A stretch of DNA of 48,672 nucleotides from Limisphaerales bacterium (GTDB taxonomy: Bacteria > Patescibacteriota > Microgenomatia > UBA1400 > PJMF01), in contig JBILGT010000005.1 of the NCBI GenBank assembly GCA_044350895.1, positions 1 to 48,672 of the forward strand, in the 5' to 3' direction. The position numbers and the translations under genes were made by a program. The notes beneath the pieces were generated by a model, which was not told the origin of the DNA, made no database searches, and was given only the letters and a program-made list of their open reading frames with translations. Positions 1-9,740 of the stretch are shown here, piece by piece. Numbering within the stretch: the first letter of the stretch is position 1; every line of letters begins with the position of its first letter.

Positions 1-1
1 G

Positions 2-75
2 TGGTCGCACCTGGGCTCGAACCAGGGACCTCACGAATGTGAATCGTGCGCTCTAACCAACTGAGCTATGCGACC
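2..75 (-). tRNA. tRNA-Val (anticodon CAC)
   Basis: The reverse complement folds as a cloverleaf. Acceptor is GGTCGCA/TGCGACC, anticodon stem CACGA/TCGTG with loop TTCACAT, and T-arm CCTGG-TTCGAGC-CCAGG. Confidence 0.85.
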
Positions 76-106
76 GTTAACAGCCAAATTATACCACCAC
101 AACGAC

Positions 107-1168
107 TTAGATAAGTTGATATTTTTGGAAAATTTCTCTAACTTGTGCTGCATTTGTGGCTTGGACAAGTTGAATTCTAATATCAGTAGCATTGGGAATC
201 GCTTTGACATACCAAGCCAAATGCTTCCTCATGGGCATGAAACTGTATTTCTCTTCATCCTTGTAGATTTGTTCAAAAAGCTCAGAATGCTCAACAGCAA
301 TTTGGAATATATTTGGACCAGCTGGTGATTCAGGAAGAAATACATAGGGATTGCCTAGAGATGCTCTTCCCAGCAACACGCCATCCACTCCATATGTGGA
401 CACGTAGTCCAGTGCCATTGCATGTGTCTGCACATCACCGTTTCCCAAAGCAATTGTTTCAGTCTTTTTAATAATCGCAGCAGCTTTGCCGATATTTTCC
501 CATGAAGCACTACCGCCATACTGCTGTTTGAGAGTTCTTCCGTGAATAGCGATTGTTGTAGGTTCCATTTCGAGGAGGGTAGGAATCCACTCTTCAATGA
601 CAGGTTCATCATATCCAATTCTGGTTTTGACGCTCACTGGGACTGTGCGCTTTTCCTGGTACTTTGCCGGTAGTAGATCGTGCCGTCGCTTAACTTCATG
701 TTCAATTTTCTGAGTAATGTCTGGGCACTCTGCAACGGTCATGCCATTTTGCCAGTCAATAACTCCTTGCTTGGTGACGGCAATAATCTCTTGGGCAAGC
801 TGTGGTGTTTTAATAAGTGCTGCACCTGCTCCAGAATGAGCAACGTTTTTGGCTGGGCAACCCATGTTTATATCTATGCCATCAAAGCCAAGTTCACATA
901 AAATGAGTGCAGTTTGCCTGAAGTATTCTGGAGTAGTACCATAGATTTGAGCAATAATCGGACGTTGTGTCTCATCATATAAAAAATCTTTGAGTAACTG
1001 AGTTGCACCATGACAGACACCTTCAACACTAGTGAACTCTGTATACATCACTGCAGGAGCACCGTATTTCTTCTGAATATAACGAAATGGCTGGTCTGTG
1101 AGGCCATCCATTGGTGACAGCGCAAGAATTGGTTTTTTAATCTGTTTCCAGAAGTTCTCAGTTTGCAT
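107..1168 (-). CDS. dus: tRNA-dihydrouridine synthase (Dus family, FMN TIM barrel)
   Basis: 353-aa ORF with Dus-like motifs 'LSPMDGLTDQPFR', 'IDINMGCPA' and 'IAIHGRT'. Confidence 0.85.
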   Translation of the reverse strand: MQTENFWKQIKKPILALSPMDGLTDQPFRYIQKKYGAPAVMYTEFTSVEGVCHGATQLLKDFLYDETQRPIIAQIYGTTPEYFRQTALILCELGFDGIDINMGCPAKNVAHSGAGAALIKTPQLAQEIIAVTKQGVIDWQNGMTVAECPDITQKIEHEVKRRHDLLPAKYQEKRTVPVSVKTRIGYDEPVIEEWIPTLLEMEPTTIAIHGRTLKQQYGGSASWENIGKAAAIIKKTETIALGNGDVQTHAMALDYVSTYGVDGVLLGRASLGNPYVFLPESPAGPNIFQIAVEHSELFEQIYKDEEKYSFMPMRKHLAWYVKAIPNATDIRIQLVQATNAAQVREIFQKYQLI

Positions 1169-1213
1169 GAAAGCAAATTATACCAAGATACCGTACAATA
1201 TGCTCATATAGTT

Positions 1214-2257
1214 ATGATACAGAAAAAAGTAGTTCACATTGTGCCGCGATACACACCTAGTCTAGGTGGTGTCGAAACGCATGTTTCTGCTGTAAATGCA
1301 CAGCTTGTTCAGCGTGGATATGAAGTTGTGGTACTTACTACACAACATGAACCACAGCTTTTGGAAGAAGAAATAGTAGCAGGAGTGCAGGTCTATCGAC
1401 TACCTTTTGCTGCAATCAATAAAAAATTGCAAACTTGGATGTGGTTGTGGAATAAAAGAACTATTATCACTGATAAACAAACAGTAGTACATGTTCATGA
1501 TGTTGCTTGGTGGCTTTTGCCATTTGTATTTATTCTGTACAAGAAATTTTATATTACGTTTCATGGTTGGGAAGGTGTCTATCCAGTTCCATTTTTTAAT
1601 AAATTGCAACGCTACTTGTTTGGACAGTGTGCACAAAAAAAAATTCACGTAGGAGCGTATATTCAAAAATTTTATTGGGATACCCCAAACCTAGTGGTCT
1701 ATGGTGGCACTACTTGCAAAAACACCGTACAAAAACACAAAAAAAATAAACTTGGTGCAACACTTCACTGCGTTTTTCTAGGCAGACTTGAAAAAGAAAA
1801 TGAGATTGAAAAATATTTTGAGTTGCTCACTGAACTGAAATTAAAAGGGTTAACTATTGCTATGACTTGGGTGGGTGATGGTGCCTTTCGTTCTCGCTGT
1901 GAAGAATTTGGACTGGTCACGGGTATGGTAACAAATCCTACAAAGTATATAGCTGATGCCAACATAGTTTTTGCTGCTTCATACTTGTCTCTTTTAGAAG
2001 CACAAGCCCAATCAAAAATTGTTGTGAGTTTGTACACGCATCCATTAAAAAAATCATATTTAGAGTCATATCCTGGTCGTGCTGCACTACTTATAGCAAA
2101 CTCACCAGTTACAGTTGCAGCAGAACTTACCGCGCTCATTTCAGATAGTGAAAGAATGTATACGCTGGAGCAAGATGCGTATACATTTGCGTCGAAAATG
2201 ACATGGAAAAAGTTAACTGAACAGTATATTGAATTGTGGAATTCAGACGTTAGATAG
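1214..2257 (+). CDS. Glycosyltransferase, GT-B fold (GT4-like)
   Basis: ORF 1163..2257. The N-terminus 'VVHIVPRYTPSLGGVETHV' is typical of GT4. I moved the start from TTG 1163 to the in-frame ATG at 1214. Confidence 0.65.
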   Translation: MIQKKVVHIVPRYTPSLGGVETHVSAVNAQLVQRGYEVVVLTTQHEPQLLEEEIVAGVQVYRLPFAAINKKLQTWMWLWNKRTIITDKQTVVHVHDVAWWLLPFVFILYKKFYITFHGWEGVYPVPFFNKLQRYLFGQCAQKKIHVGAYIQKFYWDTPNLVVYGGTTCKNTVQKHKKNKLGATLHCVFLGRLEKENEIEKYFELLTELKLKGLTIAMTWVGDGAFRSRCEEFGLVTGMVTNPTKYIADANIVFAASYLSLLEAQAQSKIVVSLYTHPLKKSYLESYPGRAALLIANSPVTVAAELTALISDSERMYTLEQDAYTFASKMTWKKLTEQYIELWNSDVR

Positions 2258-3005
2258 CCTCAGAAGAGCGTAAAAAAAATTCTACAATAAGAGCGTATAT
2301 ATACCCAAATCTTTTCTTTAAAAATTTAAATCTTGATTGTTGAAAAAGAGCATGCGCTGATTTTTTATCTACAGTAGCTCCTCCACCACTATGCATAACT
2401 TTTGCATCAGGAACGAATCTAATTTTCATATTTAAATTTAGAATCTTTTTGCAAATATCATAATCTTCCCAGTACAAAAAATAATCTGTATCAAAACCGC
2501 CAATTTTGTCGAAAATATTTTTTTCTACAAGCAGTGCCGCACCTGAAGCTGCCTCTACATTTTTTTCAACTGTAAGTGAATCATTTAGATAGGTATCAAT
2601 ATGTGCTTGTAGTGAATGTGGAAGATACTCCCAGATAAAGGAGTGTAGAAGCGGAAACGTATACCATTTGGGTTGAAGACTATAACTTCTGTATGGCTGG
2701 CCTGCTTCGGTACTCAGTTGCGGAGCAACAATTCCATACGTTTCATTACTTTTTATCTTTCGGACTAGCTTTTCAATACAGCCGTTGGCAACTTCTGTAT
2801 CTGGGTTAAGAAAAAATAAATATTTTCCTGATGCTTGCTGGGCGCCTTGGTTACATGCGGCACTAAAGCCAATGTTATGGTCTGTGTTATCGATTACAAT
2901 AATTTCATATTTTTGATTTTCACCAATACTTTTACGGCATTTTTCTACTGCTTGAGCAGAATGATATGAAACAATTATGATAGAAACTTCAATATTTTTT
3001 TTCAT
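2250..3005 (-). CDS. Glycosyltransferase family 2
   Basis: ORF 2250..3044 with 'VSIIIVSYHS', 'VIDNTD' and 'FFLNPDTE' (GT-A DxD region). I preferred the ATG at 3005 over the TTG at 3044. Confidence 0.75.
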   Translation of the reverse strand: MKKNIEVSIIIVSYHSAQAVEKCRKSIGENQKYEIIVIDNTDHNIGFSAACNQGAQQASGKYLFFLNPDTEVANGCIEKLVRKIKSNETYGIVAPQLSTEAGQPYRSYSLQPKWYTFPLLHSFIWEYLPHSLQAHIDTYLNDSLTVEKNVEAASGAALLVEKNIFDKIGGFDTDYFLYWEDYDICKKILNLNMKIRFVPDAKVMHSGGGATVDKKSAHALFQQSRFKFLKKRFGYIYALIVEFFLRSSEAI

Positions 3006-3065
3006 TTTCAAATGGGGAACAGTACTTGGATCTTTACCAAGCAATAGTATACTTGTTGTGCAGAT

Positions 3066-4022
3066 ATGTCAAAGTCACACCAAGAAGTAACAATAATTGT
3101 GACAGTGCTCAACGAGGTAGAAACAATTGCAGCACTACTCACAAGTCTTACTCAACAAACAGTTGATCCTACGCAGATTATTATTTGTGATGGTGGATCT
3201 ACTGATGGTACTGTAGAACTAATTCAAAAATTTATAGCGAAAGTTTCAAAAAATAAAATTCTGTGTAAAGTCAAAACAGGTAATAGAAGTGTGGGAAGAA
3301 ATTATGCAATTGAATTGGCTACCACAGAACTAATTGCATGTACCGATGCAGGTTGCATTCCAGAAATTGATTGGCTAGAAAAGTTACTAACTGCATATGA
3401 TAAATCGCGGGCTCCTGTTGTAGCGGGATACTACAAAGGGATTTTTGATGACTCTTTTCAAAAAGCAGTTATTCCCTATGCGCTAGTTATGCCAGATGTT
3501 GTTAAGGCACAAACATTTTTACCTGCTACACGTTCACTACTATTTGAGAAAAAAATTTGGGAAAAGGTGAGCAAATTTGATGAAACGTTAAGTGATAACG
3601 AAGATTATGCTTTTGCGAAAAAAATTCAGAAATTAAATGTGCCAATATCGTTTGCAAAAGATGCAGTTGTTAAATGGCAACCTCGTAAAACTGTGCAGCA
3701 GTTTTATAGAATGATATTTCGGTTTGCGCGTGGTGATATTCAAGCTGGGATTATTCGACCTAAAGTGCTTTTTATTTTCTTTAGATATAGCATTGCTGTA
3801 CTAATTTTTTTGATATTGTTTAACCAAGATTCAAGCAGCTACTGGGGCTTCTTTGTATCACTATTTTTATTTTATTGTACATGGGCTGTACTAAAGAATG
3901 TTCGATATGTTGGAAACGCATGGTATTGGTTACCACTGCTACAAATTACTTCAGATATTGCAGTGATGCATGGAAGTATCGCGGGTGCCAAAATTGCACT
4001 CAATGAAAAATCTACAACTTAA
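3066..4022 (+). CDS. Glycosyltransferase family 2 with C-terminal transmembrane segments
   Basis: 318-aa ORF with 'VTIIVTVLNE', 'ICDGGSTDGT' and 'CTDAG'. The C-terminal ~90 aa are hydrophobic. Confidence 0.75.
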   Translation: MSKSHQEVTIIVTVLNEVETIAALLTSLTQQTVDPTQIIICDGGSTDGTVELIQKFIAKVSKNKILCKVKTGNRSVGRNYAIELATTELIACTDAGCIPEIDWLEKLLTAYDKSRAPVVAGYYKGIFDDSFQKAVIPYALVMPDVVKAQTFLPATRSLLFEKKIWEKVSKFDETLSDNEDYAFAKKIQKLNVPISFAKDAVVKWQPRKTVQQFYRMIFRFARGDIQAGIIRPKVLFIFFRYSIAVLIFLILFNQDSSSYWGFFVSLFLFYCTWAVLKNVRYVGNAWYWLPLLQITSDIAVMHGSIAGAKIALNEKSTT

Positions 4023-4027
4023 ATTTA

Positions 4028-5155
4028 TTACTTGTTTGCAACGTATCGATTGATATGTGTTTCAAGTTCATCAATTCTTTTTTGCCAATTCCATTCAGAG
4101 ACTACGTACTCACGAGCTCGTGTTCCCATCGTGATTCGCTCTTTTGGATTATTTATTAGAAATAGTATTTTTTCTGCAATATCCTCAGGTCTAAATTCAG
4201 CAAGCAGTCCAGTTTTTTTGTCTAGAACAGTTTCTCTGTGCCCACTCACTCTAGTGGCTATTGGTGCAATACCGCAAGCCATTGATTCGAGTGGAACAAG
4301 TCCAAATGTTTCCAATCTGCTCATACAAAGTGTTGTTATAGAACTTGAGTATAACTCTGCAAGTTCTCTATCTGTGAGACGCTCATTATTTGCATTTTTC
4401 CATTCTACGGTAACAAGTTGTGGACGAATTTTTTTGGGTATTAGTGCAAGTGCTGCCTCGGCAAGTTCATATCCATCAATCGGGTTGTCTTTATTTCCGA
4501 CAAATAAAACTTGGTTTTTTTGCTTTACTTTTTGAGGTTTAAGAATGGTGGCATCAATACCCAAATATGAAACATCAGGGAAAACACCGTATGCTTCAAT
4601 CATCCGTTCTCTGACATGGTAACAACTGGTCAACTGGTGAGTTGCAGAACGAACAGAACGTTGATCAGATTTCTTTCTGACACTTCTAAAGTAGTTTTCA
4701 TAAAGTCTATTTGCTAACGGAAAATTATCAGGTAACTGCAATAAATATTCATAGCAAATTCGCAGTGGTTCTTGTGAATAATACGCGCTTTTTGTTTGAA
4801 GATATTGCAGGAGCAGTGGTGCCTGAGTCATTTTGTCAGGATGTGCAATCAGAAGGTTATAGTTTTGTGAATCAATTTCAGCAGCAATATTTTTATGTAA
4901 ACTATGCAAGCTGCGAAGTGTCATATAGTCATGAACTGGTCGAGAAATAACAGGAATTTTTACTTGTGGTTCACTATACGAAAATCTCTTGAAATTTGTG
5001 GCAATAATATTTGGAGTAAACATGTCATCAGCAGAATCGGTTGTGTAGACATCAACTTGATGACCCTTCTTAATGAGTCCTTGTACTTGTTCAAACAGTG
5101 CACGCTTGGCACCACCAAAGTTTAAATTATAAAAGAATGCAAGTTTTAACTTCAT
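4028..5155 (-). CDS. Glycosyltransferase family 4 (group 1)
   Basis: 375-aa ORF whose C-terminal 'SRLETFGLVPLESMACGIAPIA' matches the GT4 E-x7-E region. Its start overlaps the stop of the upstream gene by 4 nt. Confidence 0.75.
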   Translation of the reverse strand: MKLKLAFFYNLNFGGAKRALFEQVQGLIKKGHQVDVYTTDSADDMFTPNIIATNFKRFSYSEPQVKIPVISRPVHDYMTLRSLHSLHKNIAAEIDSQNYNLLIAHPDKMTQAPLLLQYLQTKSAYYSQEPLRICYEYLLQLPDNFPLANRLYENYFRSVRKKSDQRSVRSATHQLTSCYHVRERMIEAYGVFPDVSYLGIDATILKPQKVKQKNQVLFVGNKDNPIDGYELAEAALALIPKKIRPQLVTVEWKNANNERLTDRELAELYSSSITTLCMSRLETFGLVPLESMACGIAPIATRVSGHRETVLDKKTGLLAEFRPEDIAEKILFLINNPKERITMGTRAREYVVSEWNWQKRIDELETHINRYVANK

Positions 5156-6324
5156 GCAAATAACTGTGCAAGAAATGCAAGTTCCTTTTTGGTAAGCTCT
5201 GGGTTATTTCCAAAATAAAAACCCTGATTGTGAATTATTGCAGCATTGGGAAGATGATACCCATGAGAATCTTGAACATACTTTTTGAAAAAAGGTTGTT
5301 CAGTCATATCTCCACCGACAATTGGTCTGATCTCAACAGTGTCTTTTGCTTTCTCAACCAGTGAAATTCTTTTTTCTTTTGTCTTACAAATAATTGGAAA
5401 AGCAAAGTTTGAAAACCGATCCATATGCTTCCAACTTGGAGTACAGTACTCACTGTTATTGAAAATCCTTTTAGCCAGGTAGTTAAAATTATTTTCTCGT
5501 TTTTCGATGATTTCAGTAGCATATTGCAGCTGTTGCAAACCTAAAAATCCGCAGATTTCTGTAGGACGCAAATTATATCCCAGATCATAAAAGGTATACC
5601 TTGAGTAGAAGGTTGAATTAACATTATGTTTTGTTCTCATTCCTTGTTGAATCTCACTTTTCAAATTTCTGTCCCAGCCATGCGCACGAACAATCCGTAC
5701 CATTGTTGCCAATTCTTCGTCGTCAGTACAAACTACACCACCTTCAATCGTTGATAGATGATGCCCCACATAGAATGAACAGGTTGATGCTATCCCAAAG
5801 TTACCGAGCAACGTACCTTTATATATACTTCCCAGTGACTCACAATTATCTTCAACCAATAAACAGTTGTTTGCTGCACACATTTGCGCGATTACATCAA
5901 TATCATCACACCAGCCCAAAAGATTGGTTAGAAAAAGTAGTTTGAGGTCATGGGTTTTGAGTACACTGCTCAAGTTTTTTGACGAAATATTCAAGGTATC
6001 AAGTTCAACATCAATAGGAACAGGTTCTAATCCAAGTTGTATAAGTGGCATAACATTGGTGGCCCAAGTTACTGCTGAAAAACCTACTTTGTCACCTTTT
6101 TTAATTCTTCCCAAATTGAGTAGTGCTTGTATGACAGCCAAGTTGGCAGAACTACCACTATTGACGAGGATAGTTTCTTTCCGCTTTTGAAACTCTGAAA
6201 ATGCTGTCTCAAAATGAAGACACATCTCGCTCATGCTCAAAACTTTTGCTGTACTTAAAAAATTTTTTAAGGCAGCCGTGGTTTTCTTTTCCTTGTAGTA
6301 GGTGGATTTAATGAGCGGGATCAT
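5152..6324 (-). CDS. DegT/DnrJ/EryC1-family enzyme, ColD-type sugar 3-dehydratase-like (His replaces the PLP lysine)
   Basis: ORF 5152..6354 with 'VNSGSSANL', 'EDNCESLG', 'CSFYVGHHLSTIEGG', 'RAHGWDRNL' and 'GYNLRPTE'. The start is probably the internal ATG at 6324. Confidence 0.7.
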   Translation of the reverse strand: MIPLIKSTYYKEKKTTAALKNFLSTAKVLSMSEMCLHFETAFSEFQKRKETILVNSGSSANLAVIQALLNLGRIKKGDKVGFSAVTWATNVMPLIQLGLEPVPIDVELDTLNISSKNLSSVLKTHDLKLLFLTNLLGWCDDIDVIAQMCAANNCLLVEDNCESLGSIYKGTLLGNFGIASTCSFYVGHHLSTIEGGVVCTDDEELATMVRIVRAHGWDRNLKSEIQQGMRTKHNVNSTFYSRYTFYDLGYNLRPTEICGFLGLQQLQYATEIIEKRENNFNYLAKRIFNNSEYCTPSWKHMDRFSNFAFPIICKTKEKRISLVEKAKDTVEIRPIVGGDMTEQPFFKKYVQDSHGYHLPNAAIIHNQGFYFGNNPELTKKELAFLAQLFA

Positions 6325-7540
6325 AAAGTAACTTTCTAACATGATATACCACAAATGGTATTGTGCTTAAACAGCCAATCAGCACGGCAATTGCAGCTCC
6401 TTGAGTCCCATACCAATGTATGAGCGGGAATAGACAGAGTGCCATTACCACGATACTGATTCCGGTGTACTGAGCCACGAGATCTTGGCGTTTGAGTGAT
6501 AGAAAAAGTGACGACGAACTATTGAGTAGTGATCTCAGAAAGCCGAATATAGCGAGTATTGGAAGCAACTGCGCTGTTTCAATCCACTGCTCACCTAGAA
6601 CTAAGCGTACAATTTGTTGCGGAAAAATAATAAATATAGCACTCAGTGGGATGCTGAGTAGGATGATCGCACTTGTTGTTTTTGCATATGTTTTTCGCAA
6701 AGTTGTGATATCTGCTGTCAAATTGGTGAAAACGGGGAATGTTACTTTATTGAGTGAATCTGAAATTTCTGTAATAGGTAATGTCGCAATGCGATATGCC
6801 ATTTGATAGATACCCAGTGAACTACTTCCTAGCGTACGTCCCACCACTATGTCATCAAGTTGATGGAAGAAATAGTTGAACAATGTAGCTGGACCCATCC
6901 ATTTACCTCTCTGCAAAATTGATATGATTTTATCCTTTTCAAAACTGAAGACAGGCCGTGGCGTAATGTAGTAGTGAGTAATGATAACTTCAAAAACTCC
7001 TTCAAAAATAAGACCGATGGCAAGTACGAGTGGATCTCGCCACAACATTGCGAGAACAATCGTAATGATTGTTCCTAAGATACCAATGCAGCTTCTCATG
7101 TATAGTTCATTTTTAAAAAGCAGTTCCTTCTGAAAGCGAGCAACACTGGGGTTGATGAAGCCTTTTATTAAGGGCAAAAGCGCTATCAAAAGTAGTGAGT
7201 TTAATGCTGTCGGATTATTGAAAAAATCTAGTACAAATGGTGTTGCGGCAAACAGTAGAACACAGAGTATGAGTCCACGTGTGATTGAAACAAACCACGC
7301 GGCGTTTAAGTATGAAGCAAACTGTTCCTTTTTTTCCTGAACAAGAACTACCTGAGTACCTGTTTCAGTCAAAACTTCTAGCAGTGAAAGTACTAGTGTT
7401 GCAATGGCAAATGTGCCAAATTGAGTGGGAGTGAGGAGGCGGGCAAGGACAAAAACTCGAGCAAATGTCAGCAATCGTGCAACTATTCTCATCAAAAAAA
7501 CCCAAGTGAATCCGCGAACAATATCAGCAGTATGTCTCAT
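6308..7540 (-). CDS. Polysaccharide flippase (Wzx-like, MOP superfamily)
   Basis: 410-aa polytopic membrane ORF sitting inside the glycan locus; its N-terminal region resembles the polysaccharide-biosynthesis-protein family. Confidence 0.7.
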   Translation of the reverse strand: MRHTADIVRGFTWVFLMRIVARLLTFARVFVLARLLTPTQFGTFAIATLVLSLLEVLTETGTQVVLVQEKKEQFASYLNAAWFVSITRGLILCVLLFAATPFVLDFFNNPTALNSLLLIALLPLIKGFINPSVARFQKELLFKNELYMRSCIGILGTIITIVLAMLWRDPLVLAIGLIFEGVFEVIITHYYITPRPVFSFEKDKIISILQRGKWMGPATLFNYFFHQLDDIVVGRTLGSSSLGIYQMAYRIATLPITEISDSLNKVTFPVFTNLTADITTLRKTYAKTTSAIILLSIPLSAIFIIFPQQIVRLVLGEQWIETAQLLPILAIFGFLRSLLNSSSSLFLSLKRQDLVAQYTGISIVVMALCLFPLIHWYGTQGAAIAVLIGCLSTIPFVVYHVRKLLYDPAH

Positions 7541-7593
7541 ACTGAGCTATTTTATACCATCACTACTTCAATACTTGGAGCAAAAACTGAAAG

Positions 7594-7902
7594 TTATACC
7601 ATTCTAATTGAGATAAATAGAACTACAACAATAGATACTGCAAATAAGATTTGTGTAATTAAAAATTTTCTATTTGGAATTCTCAAATAAACATTGTTGA
7701 GACCAAATAAAAGAATTGACTGAGGCACAACCATCCAAGATGTTATTAACAGTGTTTTTAACAGACTACTAATAGGTAGATGCGAAATTTTAATTGATAC
7801 TGATTTGAAAACATACGCATCAAAAACGTGGGCCGCAAATAGAATAATAAAAATAACTAGATTAATAATGAAGAGCGTGGCAATTTTTGAAATTTTTCTC
7901 AT
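7594..7902 (-). CDS. Small hypothetical membrane protein
   Basis: 102-aa ORF with about 3 hydrophobic helices, co-directional with the flippase. I recognised no family. Confidence 0.4.
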   Translation of the reverse strand: MRKISKIATLFIINLVIFIILFAAHVFDAYVFKSVSIKISHLPISSLLKTLLITSWMVVPQSILLFGLNNVYLRIPNRKFLITQILFAVSIVVVLFISIRMV

Positions 7903-8019
7903 ACAATCATCTTGAGCAGCAATAGTGTCAATCTTAGCATATTAAATGCTTAAATGCCTGCGTCGTAAATCTGGGGGCTAGAAAATGCATGGTTAACCTG
8001 CGAAAATATCTACGATTAT

Positions 8020-8751
8020 ATGTATCAAAATAAAACAGTCTCACTGATTTTCCCGGCGTTTAACGAAGCAGAAAATATTACACAAGCTGTAACCGAATTC
8101 CTTGCAACTAAAATTATTGATGAGCTCATTGTAGTGAACAATAACTCATCTGATGATACAGCTAAGTTGGCAAAGAAAGCTGGAGCGCGAGTGGTACATG
8201 AAAAAAGACAGGGATATGGCTTTGCATTGCAAAAGGGATTGAACGCTGCAAGTGGTACATATATTGTGTTGGCAGAACCCGATGGAACATTCAAACCGAC
8301 AGACCTGCGCCGGTTATTGCAACCGTTAGCTACGTATGATGCTGTAGTTGGGACGCGAACAAATTCTGCATACATTCAACCTGGGGCCAATATGGGACTG
8401 AAGCTTCGCTATGGAAATATTATCCTTGCACGTCTTATTCAATTTTTACATCAAACACCAGCAATTTCTGATTGTGGTTGTACATATAGAGCGTTTCGAA
8501 AAAATACTGTTGCTGCAATTCTCCCGCACTGCACTGTGGGAGGTTCACATTTTCTTCCTGAAACAATACTACTACTAGTACAGGCAGGCCTCAGTTTTAA
8601 AGAAATTCCTGTGCACTACTATCCAAGAATCGGTACTTCAAAAATTACAGGATCACTACGAAGAACTGTTGGCGTGGCATTTAATATGTTACTGCTGACA
8701 CTCCATTATTTTTACAATCCAATAATTAGAACAGAAAAGATTCATGACTAA
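8020..8751 (+). CDS. Glycosyltransferase family 2 (polyprenol-phosphate glycosyltransferase-like)
   Basis: 243-aa ORF with 'VSLIFPAFNEAENI', 'VVNNNSSDDT' and 'AEPDGT'. Its size and layout resemble DPM1/GtrB-type enzymes. Confidence 0.75.
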   Translation: MYQNKTVSLIFPAFNEAENITQAVTEFLATKIIDELIVVNNNSSDDTAKLAKKAGARVVHEKRQGYGFALQKGLNAASGTYIVLAEPDGTFKPTDLRRLLQPLATYDAVVGTRTNSAYIQPGANMGLKLRYGNIILARLIQFLHQTPAISDCGCTYRAFRKNTVAAILPHCTVGGSHFLPETILLLVQAGLSFKEIPVHYYPRIGTSKITGSLRRTVGVAFNMLLLTLHYFYNPIIRTEKIHD

Positions 8752-9739
8752 GCGTATTGTTGTGACTGGCGGTGCCGGGTTTATTGGGAGTCATCTTGTT
8801 GACCGATTGATTGATGAAGGACACACACTGTGTGTTGTTGATGATTTGAGCGGTGGTTATATGGAAAATCTGAAGAATTCAGTTCAGTTCCACAAAGTGG
8901 ACATTAGAAACTACAAAAAATTGTTAGATATTTTTTCAGAATTTAAGCCTCAAGTTGTGTATCATCTGGCTGCCAATGCCGCAGAAAGTAAAGCTCAGTT
9001 TAGTCCTATCGACATTACTTCACGCAACTATGACGGGGCTGTAAAGGTTTTAACAGCGGCGATCACTAATGGATTGGAAAGATTTATTTTTACATCCAGC
9101 ATTGCGGTGTATGGAGCAGGACAGACACCATTCAAAGAATCAAGTATTCCAATTCCTGAAGATGTCTACGGAGTCACAAAGTATGCATTTGAACAGACGT
9201 TGAAAATTTTGAGCGAAGTCCACAACTTTGAGTATGTTGTAGTTCGTCCACACAATGTGTATGGTCTTCGCCAAAACATGCGTGATCCTTACAGAAATGT
9301 TGTAACAATTTTTATGAATGCATTGCTTGCTAAGTTACCAGTCTACATTTATGGAAAAGGTAATCAAGAACGATGTTTTTCATATATCGACGATGTAGCT
9401 ACTGCTTTAGTGAACTGTCTAAAAAAATCTGTTGCAGGAATGACATTTAATATTGGTTCTGACAAACCACATACTGTTTCTGAGTTGCTTGCTACAATAG
9501 AAAAAGTGAGCGGAACAACTACTGAGGTCCAGTATTTACCACTCAGACCAACTGAAGTGCTCCGCGCAGTGAGTGATCATTCAGTTAGTAAAAAATATTT
9601 GCAGTATGAGGACTCAGTAGACTTGATAACTGGATTACAGAGAACGTGGCATTGGGTACAAAAACAAGGCTATCAAAAACCGAAATTTACTTCCATTGAA
9701 ATTCAAAGTGAACTGCTTCCCACAAACTGGAAAAGGTGA
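8744..9739 (+). CDS. NAD-dependent sugar epimerase/dehydratase (extended SDR)
   Basis: 331-aa ORF with the Rossmann motif 'VTGGAGFIGSHL' and the catalytic YxxxK 'YGVTK'. It overlaps the upstream GT2 gene by 8 nt. Confidence 0.8.
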   Translation: MTKRIVVTGGAGFIGSHLVDRLIDEGHTLCVVDDLSGGYMENLKNSVQFHKVDIRNYKKLLDIFSEFKPQVVYHLAANAAESKAQFSPIDITSRNYDGAVKVLTAAITNGLERFIFTSSIAVYGAGQTPFKESSIPIPEDVYGVTKYAFEQTLKILSEVHNFEYVVVRPHNVYGLRQNMRDPYRNVVTIFMNALLAKLPVYIYGKGNQERCFSYIDDVATALVNCLKKSVAGMTFNIGSDKPHTVSELLATIEKVSGTTTEVQYLPLRPTEVLRAVSDHSVSKKYLQYEDSVDLITGLQRTWHWVQKQGYQKPKFTSIEIQSELLPTNWKR

Positions 9740-9740
9740 A

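Noticed and set aside
4032-4535. A 167-aa ORF on the plus strand. Similar long antisense ORFs are at 1765-2139(-), 25074-25442(-), 31735-32043(-), 39052-39468(-) and 45462-45827(+).
   Set aside because: Each lies fully antisense or out of frame within a gene that has strong family motifs. Their translations are low-complexity (Ser/Ile/Phe-rich) with no recognisable domains. They are shadow ORFs.
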